A stretch of DNA of 63,347 bases, the filler included, from Thraustochytrium aureum (Eukaryota): assembly GCA_012862495.1 (NCBI GenBank). It is 4 parts of one record of this genome, joined end to end, with 100 filler letters (N's around TTAATTAATTAA, not from the genome) between each part and the next. Parts side by side here need not be neighbours in the genome. Positions count along the whole stretch, not along the records: positions 32,195 to 59,796 come from BLSG01000172.1; positions 59,897 to 63,347 come from BLSG01000172.1; 2 more parts are not named here. One strand, written 5' to 3'. Made by a program: the position numbers and the translations under genes. The notes beneath the pieces are model-generated. The model searched no databases. It was not told where the DNA came from and saw only the letters and a program-made list of their open reading frames with translations. Shown here piece after piece: positions 48,311 to 59,999 of this stretch; the stretch's first letter is position 1, and each line of letters begins with the position of its first letter.

Positions 48311-49765
48311 TCAGAGGCGTCCCCGATTCGGCGGCGGTTGCACGATTATCACAAAGCCGAGCTGCGCCACAAGGTTGGCGCCCTCCTTGCTCCGAGGTAT
48401 GGCTACGCCGTCGTCCATGCCCTGAAAAAGAAACGGGTTGGGGAGCGGCGAGTTGAGCGTCGCATTCGCAGTGACGAATCGACGCAACGTGTGGAGCGGC
48501 GTGCTCATCGCCGCCTTGACAAAGCCAATCACACGAAACGCCATAGCTGTTCCAACAGCGACCGGGAAATACCGCAGCGTCGTAAAGCCGAAGCGGCGCG
48601 GCGCGTCGTCACCTAGGCTCGCAGCTGCTTCGACCATCGCGGCTCTGTAGGGCGGCGGAATACCAATCTGCTGGAATAAGCGGCGCAGCTCCTCTCGGGT
48701 AAGGGAGGTCAGCACTCGTCCCAAAATGTGATAGCGAGAAAACGCGCTCAGGAAAATCGCCTCGCGGGCCTCTGGCACAACCTGCAAGGCCCCAGCGCTC
48801 AACCTGGGCTGGCGTCCATGTCGTTGGATGTCCCAGCTCCGGCGGCGGCGGAGGCGACTGAATGACAGCCCCAGCTCGGAGGCCCTGGCTTTGCTCGCGG
48901 ATCTGCTCCGCCTCTACTCGCTCGCGCTCTGCTTGACGCGCAAGGCGCTCGAGTGCCGGAGCTCTGTCCTGTAGCGCAGGGTCGACGTGGGTCTGCAACA
49001 CTGCCATCGTGGCGAAGTCCGACCGCGCCGCGCAGGCTGCAATCATCCGCGCGCAGGTTTCGGGGTCTGTTCCGAGNNNNNNNNNNNNNNNNNNNNNNNN
49101 NNNNNNNNNNNNNNNNNNNNNNNNNNNNNNNNNNNNNNNNNNNNNNNNNNNNNNNNNNNNNNNNNNNNNNNNNNNNNNNNNNNNNNNNNNNNNNNNNNNN
49201 NNNNNNNNNNNNNNNNNNNNNNNNNNNNNNNNNNNNNNNNNNNNNNNNNNNNNNNNNNNNNNNNNNNNNNNNNNNNNNNNNNNNNNNNNNNNNNNNNNNN
49301 NNNNNNNNNNNNNNNNNNNNNNNNNNNNNNNNNNNNNNNNNNNNNNNNNNNNNNNNNNNNNNNNNNNNNNNNNNNNNNNNNNNNNNNNNNNNNNNNNNNN
49401 NNNNNNNNNNNNNNNNNNNNNNNNNNNNNNNNNNNNNNNNNNNNNNNNNNNNNNNNNNNNNNNNNNNNNNNNNNNNNNNNNNNNNNNNNNNNNNNNNNNN
49501 NNNNNNNNNNNNNNNNNNNNNNNNNCCCCTTGGTCTGAAACACAAACCCCAGCTTTCTCACGGCCTCCCGTACAGGCTGCGCTGCCTCGCACGTGGCCGC
49601 CTCTTGGGCGTGGCGCTCGACATGGTCGGCGTCAGCCTTGGTCGCGTCACTTGCTCCTTCAACGCCGTCCTGGGCGCCGCCCGCGTCCGAGTCCAGCGCC
49701 GGCATGTTCTGAGCGTCCTCAGGGCGAATTGCGTCGACGTGGTCGCGGCCCGTGCGGCTCGCCAT
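48311..49765 (-). CDS. Protein with SAM-like domain; gap and frameshift at ~48805
   Basis: 'PTTWTPAQV...FLSAFSRYHILGRVLTSLTREELRRL..QIGIP' follows the SAM consensus (W..V..W, F....I.G..L..LT.E.L..G). Continuity across the gap is inferred. Confidence 0.6.
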
Positions 49766-50051
49766 CGCGTTGTCCGTGGGATGGTGCGCGGCGCCATCGG
49801 GACCTGCACCGGCCAGGAATTGATGTGCATTCGAAACGGTAACATTAGCTCCCAACGCAATAATGCACTTGCTTCGCAGCCCCATCGAGGCAGAGTCCTT
49901 CCTCTCGAGCGCGCTGCCAGCCTGTGCGAGCGCAGGAGGTTGACGACAACTACGTGGCGGAGTAGGAGGCTGCGTTTCCGGGCGCTGGGTGCCCAAGGAG
50001 GCGCGCGAGGGCGAGCTAGCCTGCCAAAGTCGCCAAGGCAACTTTTGCAAT

Positions 50052-51869
50052 ATGAGCTCGCCGAGGCTTGGGACGAGCCGAGGCAGCTCGCGGGCGAGCT
50101 CAAGGAGCAGGAAGGTGAACGTGAATCAAGCGCGCGAGTACATGAAAGATAAAGCGGAGCCTGTGATCTCAAGGCTCGTGCAGGAGCTGGCGATCGAGCA
50201 GCCCGAAGATGTGCTCGGGTTCATCGCCGACTGGGCCGCCTTCGAAATGGAGGCCTTTGCGGCCGCATGTGCGAACGAAGACGATACCAAAGTAGAAGGC
50301 AAGACTGTCGAGAAAGCGTTTGTCGGCGCGGCCGGCGCCGGAGAGCGTGAAAGCAAAGCCGGAGAGCATCACCCCGAGCAAAAACGGGGCGATGAGCTCG
50401 AGTCCAAGGTCGATCAGGCGCACAAGGGGATGGAGAACCGGGCCGAAGGAATCGTATGCAGCGCTGACGTCGACCCACTTTGCGACGAGTCTGGTAGAAG
50501 CCGGTCGCACAACGGCGCTGGGGAGGAGCCGCAACCAGCTGCCAAGGACGTCGCTTCCACATTTCGGCGAGACGAAAGCAAATTCGAGCTCGAAACCGAT
50601 CAAGCGCAGGACAACGCCCAAAAGACGATGTACGCGAGCAACGACGAAGATGAAGACGAACGCAGCGAGCCGCAGGACCGGCATGATTTAGCAGAGGGGA
50701 ACTTGGAAGCTGAGGCCTGTCAAGTCGCAGACCAGGAGAGCAGGGCGGACGACGCGGACGACGCGGACGACTACGACGAGCAGTTCGAAGCCGACGAAGA
50801 CAACCTGGAGGAGGACGAGGGGCTGGAGGAGGAGGAGGAGGACGATCGCGCTAACGCACCAAGCTCGGCCGGCGAGGAAGAGGAGGGAGCAGAGGTGTTG
50901 GCTCGTGGTCGCGCAACTTGCTCGGAAGCGCCAAAGGCGGCCAGAGAGGTTGCCGACGACGAAGAAAAAGACGATGGCCCAGTCTGCTGCGTAAGCGGCA
51001 CGGTTGCAGAGCTCAAGGTTCGATTACCCGGCAGCGACAAGGTGGAGTTCTACGCACGCGACATTTTTGACGCCCTCAAGCGGAAAAACAAGCTGCGCGG
51101 AGCTGTCGCGGTCGAGCTTGACGAAGAGCTGCCGGAGCTTGAAGAAGTCGGGCCAGAGGCGCCGTTTCCTCTCCGACCGGATGAAGAGGAACGCATCGCC
51201 CTCGCAAAGACCACCGATGACATTGACGCACGGCCCGTGACCCCACCAAAGCGAGGGTTTGAGATGACACGCCCTGGTGAGAGCTACCACGGGGGAGCGG
51301 GGCCGCGCGTTGTCGGTCCTGTCGGCCCCGTCAAGTTCGAGCCGCGCGCCCTCGGGTCGGAAAACGCAGGGAACGCGAAGGAGGCCGCACTTGCTGCTGC
51401 TGCTCAGCGCGCGACGGAGCACACCGACAACCTCTCGGACGAGCAGCGCGAGGCGCTGCGTGTCAAGCGCAAAAAGGACGACCTCATGGGAAAGATCATG
51501 GCGCACTACGCTGGTATGGGCGGCGCCGCTCCGATCGGGCTCGGCGCTTGTTCGGTCGAGACGCTAAAGTCCCACCTTGCCAAGCTCAAGGCCAAGTCCG
51601 AGGTCATCCGGTCGGAGACGGCCGAGCGCGAGGAGATCTCGCGCGAGACGTCGGAGAAGGAGTACAAGCTCAAGCAGATTGCGCAGCGCATGATGAAGCC
51701 CGGCGAGAGCGGAGCGCCGCGGCTCGTCCAGCAACTATCGTTCGAGCCTCGCGCGCTTGGTGTTGCGGACCCCGACGCTGCTAGACCTGCTCCCGCAACT
51801 GAGGAAACCCCTGCGCAGCGACGCGAGCGAATGGCGCAGGCCGCGGCGCGCCGATTTGGCGTCAAATAG
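50052..51869 (+). CDS. Acidic, low-complexity protein with an N-terminal RIIa/Dpy-30-like docking motif and a C-terminal VIM-like motif
   Basis: 'EYMKDKAEPVISRLVQELAIEQPEDVLGFIADW'; D/E tracts; 'RERMAQAAARR' near the C-terminus. Confidence 0.7.
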   Translation: MSSPRLGTSRGSSRASSRSRKVNVNQAREYMKDKAEPVISRLVQELAIEQPEDVLGFIADWAAFEMEAFAAACANEDDTKVEGKTVEKAFVGAAGAGERESKAGEHHPEQKRGDELESKVDQAHKGMENRAEGIVCSADVDPLCDESGRSRSHNGAGEEPQPAAKDVASTFRRDESKFELETDQAQDNAQKTMYASNDEDEDERSEPQDRHDLAEGNLEAEACQVADQESRADDADDADDYDEQFEADEDNLEEDEGLEEEEEDDRANAPSSAGEEEEGAEVLARGRATCSEAPKAAREVADDEEKDDGPVCCVSGTVAELKVRLPGSDKVEFYARDIFDALKRKNKLRGAVAVELDEELPELEEVGPEAPFPLRPDEEERIALAKTTDDIDARPVTPPKRGFEMTRPGESYHGGAGPRVVGPVGPVKFEPRALGSENAGNAKEAALAAAAQRATEHTDNLSDEQREALRVKRKKDDLMGKIMAHYAGMGGAAPIGLGACSVETLKSHLAKLKAKSEVIRSETAEREEISRETSEKEYKLKQIAQRMMKPGESGAPRLVQQLSFEPRALGVADPDAARPAPATEETPAQRRERMAQAAARRFGVK

Positions 51870-53313
51870 TGTCGACAACAGGACGAGCACAGCAGGTAGA
51901 GTAGCCCTGCTCGCATTTGAAACGGGCGATCTCAGCGAGAGACAAGAGACAGACTGTCCTTCGTTTTAATTAAAAAACCTGGAGGACTCGAACGTCCGGG
52001 AAATCTTTGTAAGCAACAGACGCGTGCCGAAGCGACACGCAGACCAAAATGGTTGCGTCAAGCCACAGCTTGACAAGATTGAAGAGACAGAGTGTGCGTG
52101 CGAGCCCCAGCCGCCGGCGGCCTCGATCACAAAGTTTTGGAAGGTCATGCCGGGGGAGCGACACGTTCGCCGCTTGTTGCTGTTGTTGCTGCTGTTGTTG
52201 TTTTCATCTTCAGGTTTGACGGAAGTGAGACAAGCTGACCCCTGCAGCATCTGTCCTGGTTGTCGAGCGCGTGAACGTCTTCGCAGGTCCCGTCCTCACA
52301 CCGCAAGCAGTAGCCCCAGCTGCAGGACCAACAAATCGCGGCCGTAGCAGACCGTCCCCAGCAGCAAGCAGCGTGGCTCCGGTCGCAACTCCAACGGTGT
52401 CAAACCCCATCGAAGCAAACGTAAACCCTACGTGGAAAACGGTGCGCCGTTTCATCGATAAACCCGAGACGCACACGCAGATACCTCCCCGCTGCATTAA
52501 AAACGTTCGAAAACGCACACCATGATGCTATAGGCGTTGAACATGTGAGAATAGAGAGCCGTCGTCAAGTCGACCTCCAGAGCCCCAATTGCAGCGGGTT
52601 CGTGCGTGCCGGAGCCGCGGCGGCGCTCGCTGGTGCCTGGTGCGCTTACGCCTTGGCATCGATCCATTCGCTTCGCGTTTGGGCGAAGGGCGCTGCGCTG
52701 CGCACGACTCGCCCTTCCAAGGCCTGCCTGCCAACTCGAAGCTGATCTGGCGCCCCGTGTTGCTCTTGTCGCAGCTCGCGACGGCGCGGGCTGGGCTGGG
52801 CCGCCAAGGCTCTTGAGCTCGCCGGCTTGGCTGCAGGGACGCCTGGAGGCTGTGGGCGGGCGCTGCTGGCGCTGCTGCGGCGCTGCTGCTCCTGCGCCTG
52901 CGCCGAAGGGCGGCGTCGGGCTGGGTGACAACCTGAGGTTGCCCTGACGAGCTGTCGCACAGGGAGGCCATGCAGGCGAGCGGCATGGCAAGCGAAGCCC
53001 AGGATGCAAAATTTAGATGGCGGCACAGTGAAATCGCCGAAGAGAAATCCGCTGCAGNNNNNNNNNNNNNNNNNNNNNNNNNNNNNNNNNNNNNNNNNNN
53101 NNNNNNNNNNNNNNNNNNNNNNNNNNNNNNNNNNNNNNNNNNNNNNNNNNNNNNNNNNNNNNNNNNNNNNNNNNNNNNNNNNNNNNNNNNNNNNNNNNNN
53201 NNNNNNNNNNNNNNNNNNNNNNNNNNNNNNNNNNNNNNNNNNNNNNNNNNNNNNNNNNNNNNNNNNNNNNNNNNNNNNNNNNNNNNNNNNNNNNNNNNNN
53301 NNNNNNNNNTGCG

Positions 53314-54774
53314 ATGGAGGGCCCTGCGCTGATGGAAGGCGAGACCATTCGCCCCAAGAGCGGAGCCTCACCAAGGCAGAAGAACTCGATCGCTGTCGCG
53401 CCTCGTGGGCCCTTCCAGGCCTGGGGTGGTAGCGTCAAGGAGCTTGGCGGCTTTTCGCAGGAGGAGGACCCGGCCAGGCTCAAATCCCAGACGAGCGCCC
53501 CAGCGATTCCTGTGCAATCCTCTCGCGGAGGCGGAGACGATCCCAGCGTTGGTCCTGCCGGCCCCACGAAGGCACCAGCAAGTGGCAGCGACATTCCAAC
53601 AGACCGCGATGCTGTCGACTACGCGACGCAGAACGAAGTGGCCGAGCTCGGTGGCTCGGATGTGGATGACGAGGAGGAGGAGGAGGAGGAGGACCCGGAA
53701 GAGGAGCAGGATGAATACGAAGCGGCGGCGGCGGCAGCGCAAGAGCGGGCTGAGGAAGAGGAGGAGGAGGACAGGGCGAGAAGCGAAAGAGCATTCGACG
53801 ACGACCCGGTGGCTGTCTCGCCTTTCAGCGGGACCGTCGGCGGTGCGAGCAACGGCTCGCGCAAGAGCCTGCGCGGCATATTTTCAAACCGTGTCCTGCC
53901 TCACGAGAAGAACGCAGACCAGCCGCTCATGCCTCCGAAACGGCAACTATCCAGCCCTCGCGGTAAGCTCTTTCGGCGACGGACCAAGCGCGTGCGGCGC
54001 GTCATCGATCTGCTCACCTACAGCCCATACTTTCGGACGCGGCGTCGGTTCGGGATGTTTCGCGCCGCGACGGCGGTCTACCTGTGGGCTTCGTTATTTG
54101 CATCTATTCCGCTGTGGGGCAAAGCTGACCAGTTCATTCGGGGCAACTACCCGTGCGAGAGTACAGAGCACGTCGTTGGGGTGTTCTTCACTCATCCAAC
54201 GTTTTGGAACATTCTCCTGGCTGCAGCAAAGGTTTCGCTGGGTGCATTCCTGTGCTTGCGCAACCGCGAGCCCAAGTTGCGGATCTGGTACTCGGTTTTG
54301 GAACACGTGGCCCTCCCTGGCTGCGTCACGTACAGCGTGTACTTTTGGGGCGCGCAGAAGGACCTCGACACGACGCTAGCCCTGGGCCTGGCCTTCAACA
54401 ACCACCTGGCTCTCCCTCTGGTCCTCGTCCTCGAGACCTGGATGAGCAAGACGCCGTTTTTGGTCGAGCGGGTCTGGGAGGTTGTCGTGTATCTTATTTG
54501 GCAGGTTGTCTTTGTGCTCATATTCTCTACCGTCTCGGAAGGGTGCTACCTCATCCCAGCCCTCAACCCACGCCGCAACGTGATTTGGGTGGCGTATCCG
54601 GGTTTGCTGATCCTGTATCTTGCTGGCTTCTTCATGTGCTACACGTTTACGCAGTTTCGCGACCACGTCGCGCCTTGTGGGCAGCAGATTTTTCCGCCGC
54701 AGAAGACGGTGGCGCACCCGTTCAAGAACAAGGTGAGGCCTAGCCAGCCGGCGGCGACCACCGGCCAGCAATAG
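53314..54774 (+). CDS. Multi-pass membrane protein of the Rolling-stone / FAR-17a-AIG1-like superfamily, with acidic N-terminal extension
   Basis: About six TM segments with 'FFTHPTFW', 'YSVYFW', 'NNHLALPLVLVLE....PF' and 'YLIPALN'. Confidence 0.6.
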   Translation: MEGPALMEGETIRPKSGASPRQKNSIAVAPRGPFQAWGGSVKELGGFSQEEDPARLKSQTSAPAIPVQSSRGGGDDPSVGPAGPTKAPASGSDIPTDRDAVDYATQNEVAELGGSDVDDEEEEEEEDPEEEQDEYEAAAAAAQERAEEEEEEDRARSERAFDDDPVAVSPFSGTVGGASNGSRKSLRGIFSNRVLPHEKNADQPLMPPKRQLSSPRGKLFRRRTKRVRRVIDLLTYSPYFRTRRRFGMFRAATAVYLWASLFASIPLWGKADQFIRGNYPCESTEHVVGVFFTHPTFWNILLAAAKVSLGAFLCLRNREPKLRIWYSVLEHVALPGCVTYSVYFWGAQKDLDTTLALGLAFNNHLALPLVLVLETWMSKTPFLVERVWEVVVYLIWQVVFVLIFSTVSEGCYLIPALNPRRNVIWVAYPGLLILYLAGFFMCYTFTQFRDHVAPCGQQIFPPQKTVAHPFKNKVRPSQPAATTGQQ

Positions 54775-55551
54775 CGTAATCAATTTTTTATTGTGTTTCG
54801 TCGCATGGACTATTTTTTCAAAATCACCGAGCAAGAGGCTGAGCTGCCAAAAGCGGAGCAATCGCCGCCAACACTAGCCTTCCGAAACGCGCGCAGGGCC
54901 CAGCGGCGCGACGTAGCAAGCCCCAGAGTAGGCCTTTCCTTCCCCTCAGGACCCGTGGCTCCAAAAATCCAAGTCCACGCGTCCTGGACTTGTTTTCGAC
55001 CGCTTGTTTTCGACTGCGTTTCCCTACCCGTAGACTCACCAGTCGACAAGCGAGGGCAGAGTGTCCAGCGCTTGGCGCCTCGCACCTGAAACCGAAAATG
55101 GAGCCTCTGTGCTGAATGAAGCTCATCAGTCCTTCGCAGCGACGCGACGCGCTCGAGCTGCACGGCAAGCCTCCAGCGCCCGACCAGCCCTCGATGAGCT
55201 GGGATCTCAAGACTCTGTGGGTCATCTGAGTGCGTGGAAAAGTGTGCGTGAAAGACCCACGTATGCTCCTCTTCACAATCGGGTCATTTACACTTTCGAC
55301 TCAGACCCTCACATGTTATGACCAAAAAAAACCTGGACTACCAAGCCGCCCATTTCTCGCGTACTCGTGCGCCGTGGCGCCAACCACTCGGGCAACTCCG
55401 ACGGTCGGGCGCCGAGGCAGAACCTCGACCACTCAGGAGCAGCACCAGCCCGCCATCGCCATCAACGCCAGCGCCGACTTTGTAGCGCAACGGGCGCACG
55501 AGGAGCAGCCGCGGGCGGCCCACGGTGGGGCGCGACCTCTCGGGCAAGACG

Positions 55552-58208
55552 ATGCTCAAGCGGATGAGCTTTTCAGCGGCCATCCTCGCCGTGCCCGACC
55601 GCCTGAAAGGCAAAAGCGCAAAGGCGGGGAAAGGCAACGCCGTCGAGCTGCAGAACGCGTCGACGAGCTTGCAGACCGTGTCCGTGGCGTACCTCTCGAT
55701 GATGCGGCGAAAGCTCCTGGCCGAAACCCTAGCCCCCGAGGTGCGGCTCTTCGTATGCCTCGAGGACCTCTCAGAGACGGTCTTGGCTGGCGAGACGATA
55801 CAGCTTGTCGAGAAAGCTAGCGAGACCGAGCTCCAAGGCCTCGCTCCATCTGGCTGGATCACGTTTTGCCCATACCAAGTGCGAGAAAAGCGACGCGCGG
55901 ACTGGACACTGAGCGACATCAAGAGGTACGTAGTTCTGCCGCGCCTCGCACGGCATCGCAGCGCTCGAGTCTTCGTCAAGTCGATCGACAAATCGGCAAT
56001 CGGCGGACAGTGCCAAGGCATGCTCGTCAGCGCATCGCCCCAGTCGCGCTTCGTGCGGCTCTGCGAAGCCGTGGAGGCAAGAGCAGGCAGTCTGCCAACC
56101 GAGCAGCGCTTTGTTTGGCTCGACCTGTTCTGCGTCGACCACGACCTAGCAGATGGACCCAGCGGTGCGTCCGTTGGCAAGGCAAACCCGGCCCGCACTG
56201 CGTTTTGCGAGTGGCAACTCTTTGAGGCGATCAAGTCGTTTCACAGTCACGAGCTCTTCATCGAGTCTTGGGAGGACCCAATGCGCTTCGCGATGCGATG
56301 TGCTTGTGGGAGACGGTCGCTGCATGCGAGGCCGGCAAGCGCACGTCGCTCTTGCTTTGCGAGAGCGAGCGGGACGCGCTGCAAGAGTACGCCTCGTTTG
56401 AGAACATTGCCTTGCGCCTCGCCAGGTGCGAGATCGGCGCCTCGGGAACGCCTCCAGAGCGCGTGGCAGAGCACAAGATGTTGCTCGACGCGTTTGCCAC
56501 CCTTGGCGAAGAAGCGCAAACAAAACTGCAACAGCACTTGCAGAGCGAGCTCCTACGACAGACCTTTCCTGAACAACGGCACGCGCGAGCGTCGGAGGAC
56601 ATGCTTCGGCGCAGCGCAAGCGAGAGTAGCGCCGGGCCGCCGCAACGGGTCGCCCTTGACCTCCAGCCAGCCAAGACACGCAGCAAGTCCGTTGGCGAGG
56701 ACGCGCGGTCTATTGATGGTGCGGGCCGCAGCACGACTGGCAGGACAAGCTCGATCGTCGGCGCATTTAGGCGGCGCATGTCCAGCGCACTCGCGCGTTC
56801 GGCAAAGCCAACTCGAGCCTGGACGACCTGGATGAGAGAGACGCAGCAGCTGCTCCGTCGCACCTCAGACGCGCTTGCGAGTGCGGGGTTCCCTGGAGCG
56901 GCGATGCCGCACTTGGAGCTAGAGTTGGAGCGGTGGGCCGCCTCCGGGCTCGCCGACGCGGAGGGCGAACAGGTTCATGTATCGCTGTGCATAGCCCGCG
57001 CTCTTTGCCAGCGGGGTCGTCACGCCCAAGCCATTCGGCTGCTTGAAGACTTGCTGGAGAAAGTAGGATCAGAGGGCGAGCAGCGGCACAGCGTATTGGC
57101 CGAGCTCGGAGCTGCGCTGCAAAGCAAAGGAGACCTTGCGGCCGCCCTGGTCAAGCTGAATGAAGCCACGGCTTTGTTGGCCGCAAACAGTCCAGGCGGC
57201 GCCCTCCGCGGTCGAGTGGCCGCTGAGCTGCTCGAGCGGACGGCGGAGGTGCAGTTGGGGCTCGGCGCGAGCGGCGCAGCGCTATCGTTGTACGGAGAGG
57301 TTGCACTTTGCAGCAAAGCGAAGCGGGGGCTGCTGCGCCAGCGGTTGGCAAGACACTCAACATGGTCGCAGCGATTCTCGTTGCGGAAGACCGGCTTGGG
57401 CAGGCGGAGCGCGTCCTGCGGCAGGCCCGCACGATATGGATGCAGCATCAGGTTACCGCCTATGCGAACGAGAGCCTCCTAGAGGAGGCTGCGAAGACCG
57501 AGCTGCTGATGGGTCGCATCGCTTTGGCGCACGGTCGCACAGCGGAGGCTCTTGACCTCCACCTGCAAGCCCTGGAGGTATTCCCTACGAACGAGGCCAA
57601 CAACATGGTCGGCGCGCTCTACAAGGCCCAAGGCCAGCTGAACCTGGCTTTGACGTACTACAGCAAAACGCTGCCGCAGGATCTGAATGAGTGCGAACTG
57701 GAGCATGCGGAAACTTTGAACGACATGGGCAATGTGCTGTTCTTGCAAGGGCGGCCGGCGAACGCCCTCGAGTACTTTCAGCTGGCCCTCAGGCTGAAAG
57801 AGGCGCACGGGTTGCGCGACGTGTCGCTTGCGGTGACGCTGAACGGGATCGCTGTTTTGCTCAAGCGCGCAAACCGCTTCAACAAGGCCATGGTGTACTA
57901 CGAGGAGGCGCTCGACATAATACGCGTCGAGCTCGGGGAGGTGCACCCACAAGTCGCAGACACACTGGAGAATATCGCCTTGTTGCTTGAGGCTAAGGGT
58001 GATCATGTCAGCGCGTTTGCTGCAGAGATGCAGTGCCTCGAGATTCGCGCGCAGCTCACCCCCAGGCGGCGGCCCTGCAGTGTCCAAGGCGCGGCGCATC
58101 CTGGAGCGCCTCGATAGCCACCGGAGCGCGACCTCTGGCGAGGAAAGCGTGGGCAGCGGCGCACGAGCAAGGCTCGAGTCGAAAGGCGTTGCCATCGACG
58201 TCGCGTGA
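55552..58208 (+). CDS. HET-like N-terminal domain + kinesin-light-chain-type TPR protein; frameshifts at ~56279, ~57315 and ~58075
   Basis: 'LVS....F..L.EA...FVWLDLFCVDH...AI.SF...W.DP..LRDAMCLWE', followed by TPRs such as 'AETLNDMGNVLFLQG', 'AVTLNGIAVLL' and 'LGEVHPQVADTLENIA'. The stop is either 58117 or 58208. Confidence 0.75.
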
Positions 58209-58989
58209 ACCGACATTTGGCGCCTTTGTCGCAAAGACGGTGCTTGATAAGGGAGTACACGGAACGGTGGGTATACTGTCCTGGTAGTCTGCGAAGAGCT
58301 AGCAGCAGGAGGTCGGATCAGGTGCTCGCGCACAAGTGGTTGCTTTTTTTTTCGTTTGTTTGTCTTCCTTTCTTTTCTTGGGTCAGTCAGTGATCAGCAC
58401 GTCGGTGCGGGCGGGCGACGCCCACACCGACGCGGTATAGTGCGTTTAGTGCCGCAACAGCAGTACTCGACTACCAATAGATGATGCACGCATCAGCAAT
58501 CCGGCCAGGGTGGCCAGTGGGAGGGCGGCGCCGCGAGGCGTTCTAGCTAGCTAGCTCTGCAGCTCTGCGGAGAGCTCTGCGCGCAGAGCNNNNNNNNNNN
58601 NNNNNNNNNNNNNNNNNNNNNNNNNNNNNNNNNNNNNNNNNNNNNNNNNNNNNNNNNNNNNNNNNNNNNNNNNNNNNNNNNNNNNNNNNNNNNNNNNNNN
58701 NNNNNNNNNNNNNNNNNNNNNNNNNNNNNNNNNNNNNNNNNNNNNNNNNNNNNNNNNNNNNNNNNNNNNNNNNNNNNNNNNNNNNNNNNNNNNNNNNNNN
58801 NNNNNNNNNNNNNNNNNNNNNNNNNNNNNNNNNNNNNNNNNNNNNNNNNNNNNNNNNNNNNNNNNNNNNNNNNNNNNNNNNNNNNNNNNNNNNNNNNNNN
58901 NNNNNNNNNNNNNNNNNNNNNNNNNNNNNNNNNNNNNNNNNNNNNNNNNNNNNNNNNNNNNNNNNNNNNNNNNNNNNNNNNNNNNNNNN

Positions 58990-59769
58990 TGGTATAGCGT
59001 AGTGATGCGCCACGTGCGGGTCAAGATAGGCGCCGCCGTGAGCCTGCGCATAGTGCGCTGGCCCGGGTGGGATGAACGTCATGGCGTGGTGAGTGGGTTG
59101 GTGGAGGCGGAGGGGGTACTGCTGAGGAGCAAGACTCGGCGACCCCGGGTTTGACGACACACCTGATGACTGGGGGACTGCCATGCCGTGACACATGTAG
59201 TACATTTGAGGGTGCGTGGCATACGCAAGGATCTCCGGGTGGTGCGTGTAGTATATGCCGAAGCTCTCAGCCGATACAGGCCCACTCGTCGGCGTGCTTG
59301 CCCCAGACGAGTGGCGGGACCCGTGCATGCGCGACGAGGTATGGCGAAGATACATGCCCTGGCGCGGCTGCGATTCAATAAGTTCGCGCGGAATGGCCGG
59401 CTTGACCTCGACGCGCTTGCCGAGGAGCGTGTGATTGGGGGCAGCCAATGCTCTGTGCATGGCTCCCTCCTCCTCGAACAGGACAAAACCAAACCCGCGC
59501 GACCTGTGCGTCTCGCGGTCCATCATGACCATGGCGCTCACCACAGGGCCAAAGTTGCCAGAAAAGTAGTCGCGCAGCGAGTCACTGGAGACCCCTCCGG
59601 CGAGGCCGCCCACAAAAATCTTGTGTGCAGCGCCGGCATCTGCGGGCTCGGTGACAACGCTGCTGCTGCACGACTGCGAGCCTGTTGACGGGGTCGTTGA
59701 AGTCACGTAGCTCGCCGAGCTCGTTGTGCTGGCCGCGCCGCAGGGCGCCGCGTGTCGGTCCTCTTGCAT
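58990..59769 (-). CDS. RRM RNA-binding protein (Musashi/DAZAP1/hnRNP-A-like); 3' end in gap
   Basis: RNP2 'KIFVGGL', RNP1 'RGFGFVLF' and 'GKRVEVKPAIPR'; low-complexity H/Y/P-rich tail. Confidence 0.9.
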
Positions 59770-59796
59770 GTGCGATGGGACTGCAGGGTTACGCGC

Positions 59797-59896
59797 NNNN
59801 NNNNNNNNNNNNNNNNNNNNNNNNNNNNNNNNNNNNNNNNTTAATTAATTAANNNNNNNNNNNNNNNNNNNNNNNNNNNNNNNNNNNNNNNNNNNN
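59797..59896. other. Artificial scaffold linker N44-TTAATTAATTAA-N44
   Basis: 12-mer at 59841-59852. Confidence 0.97.
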
Positions 59897-59960
59897 CCAT
59901 GCCGTCGCGCCCCATCCTCCCAGCCTCTGTGGCGCCTCGGCGCGCCGCCGCTCTGAAAAA

Positions 59961-59999
59961 GACTTGCGCGACTTGCGCGACTTGCGCGACTTGCGCGAC
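59961..59999 (+). repeat. 9-bp tandem repeat (GACTTGCGC)x4
   Basis: Directly visible. Confidence 0.9.

Noticed and set aside
51970..53057. Small membrane-protein ORFs
   Set aside because: They are fragmentary, with no recognisable family or consistent frame.
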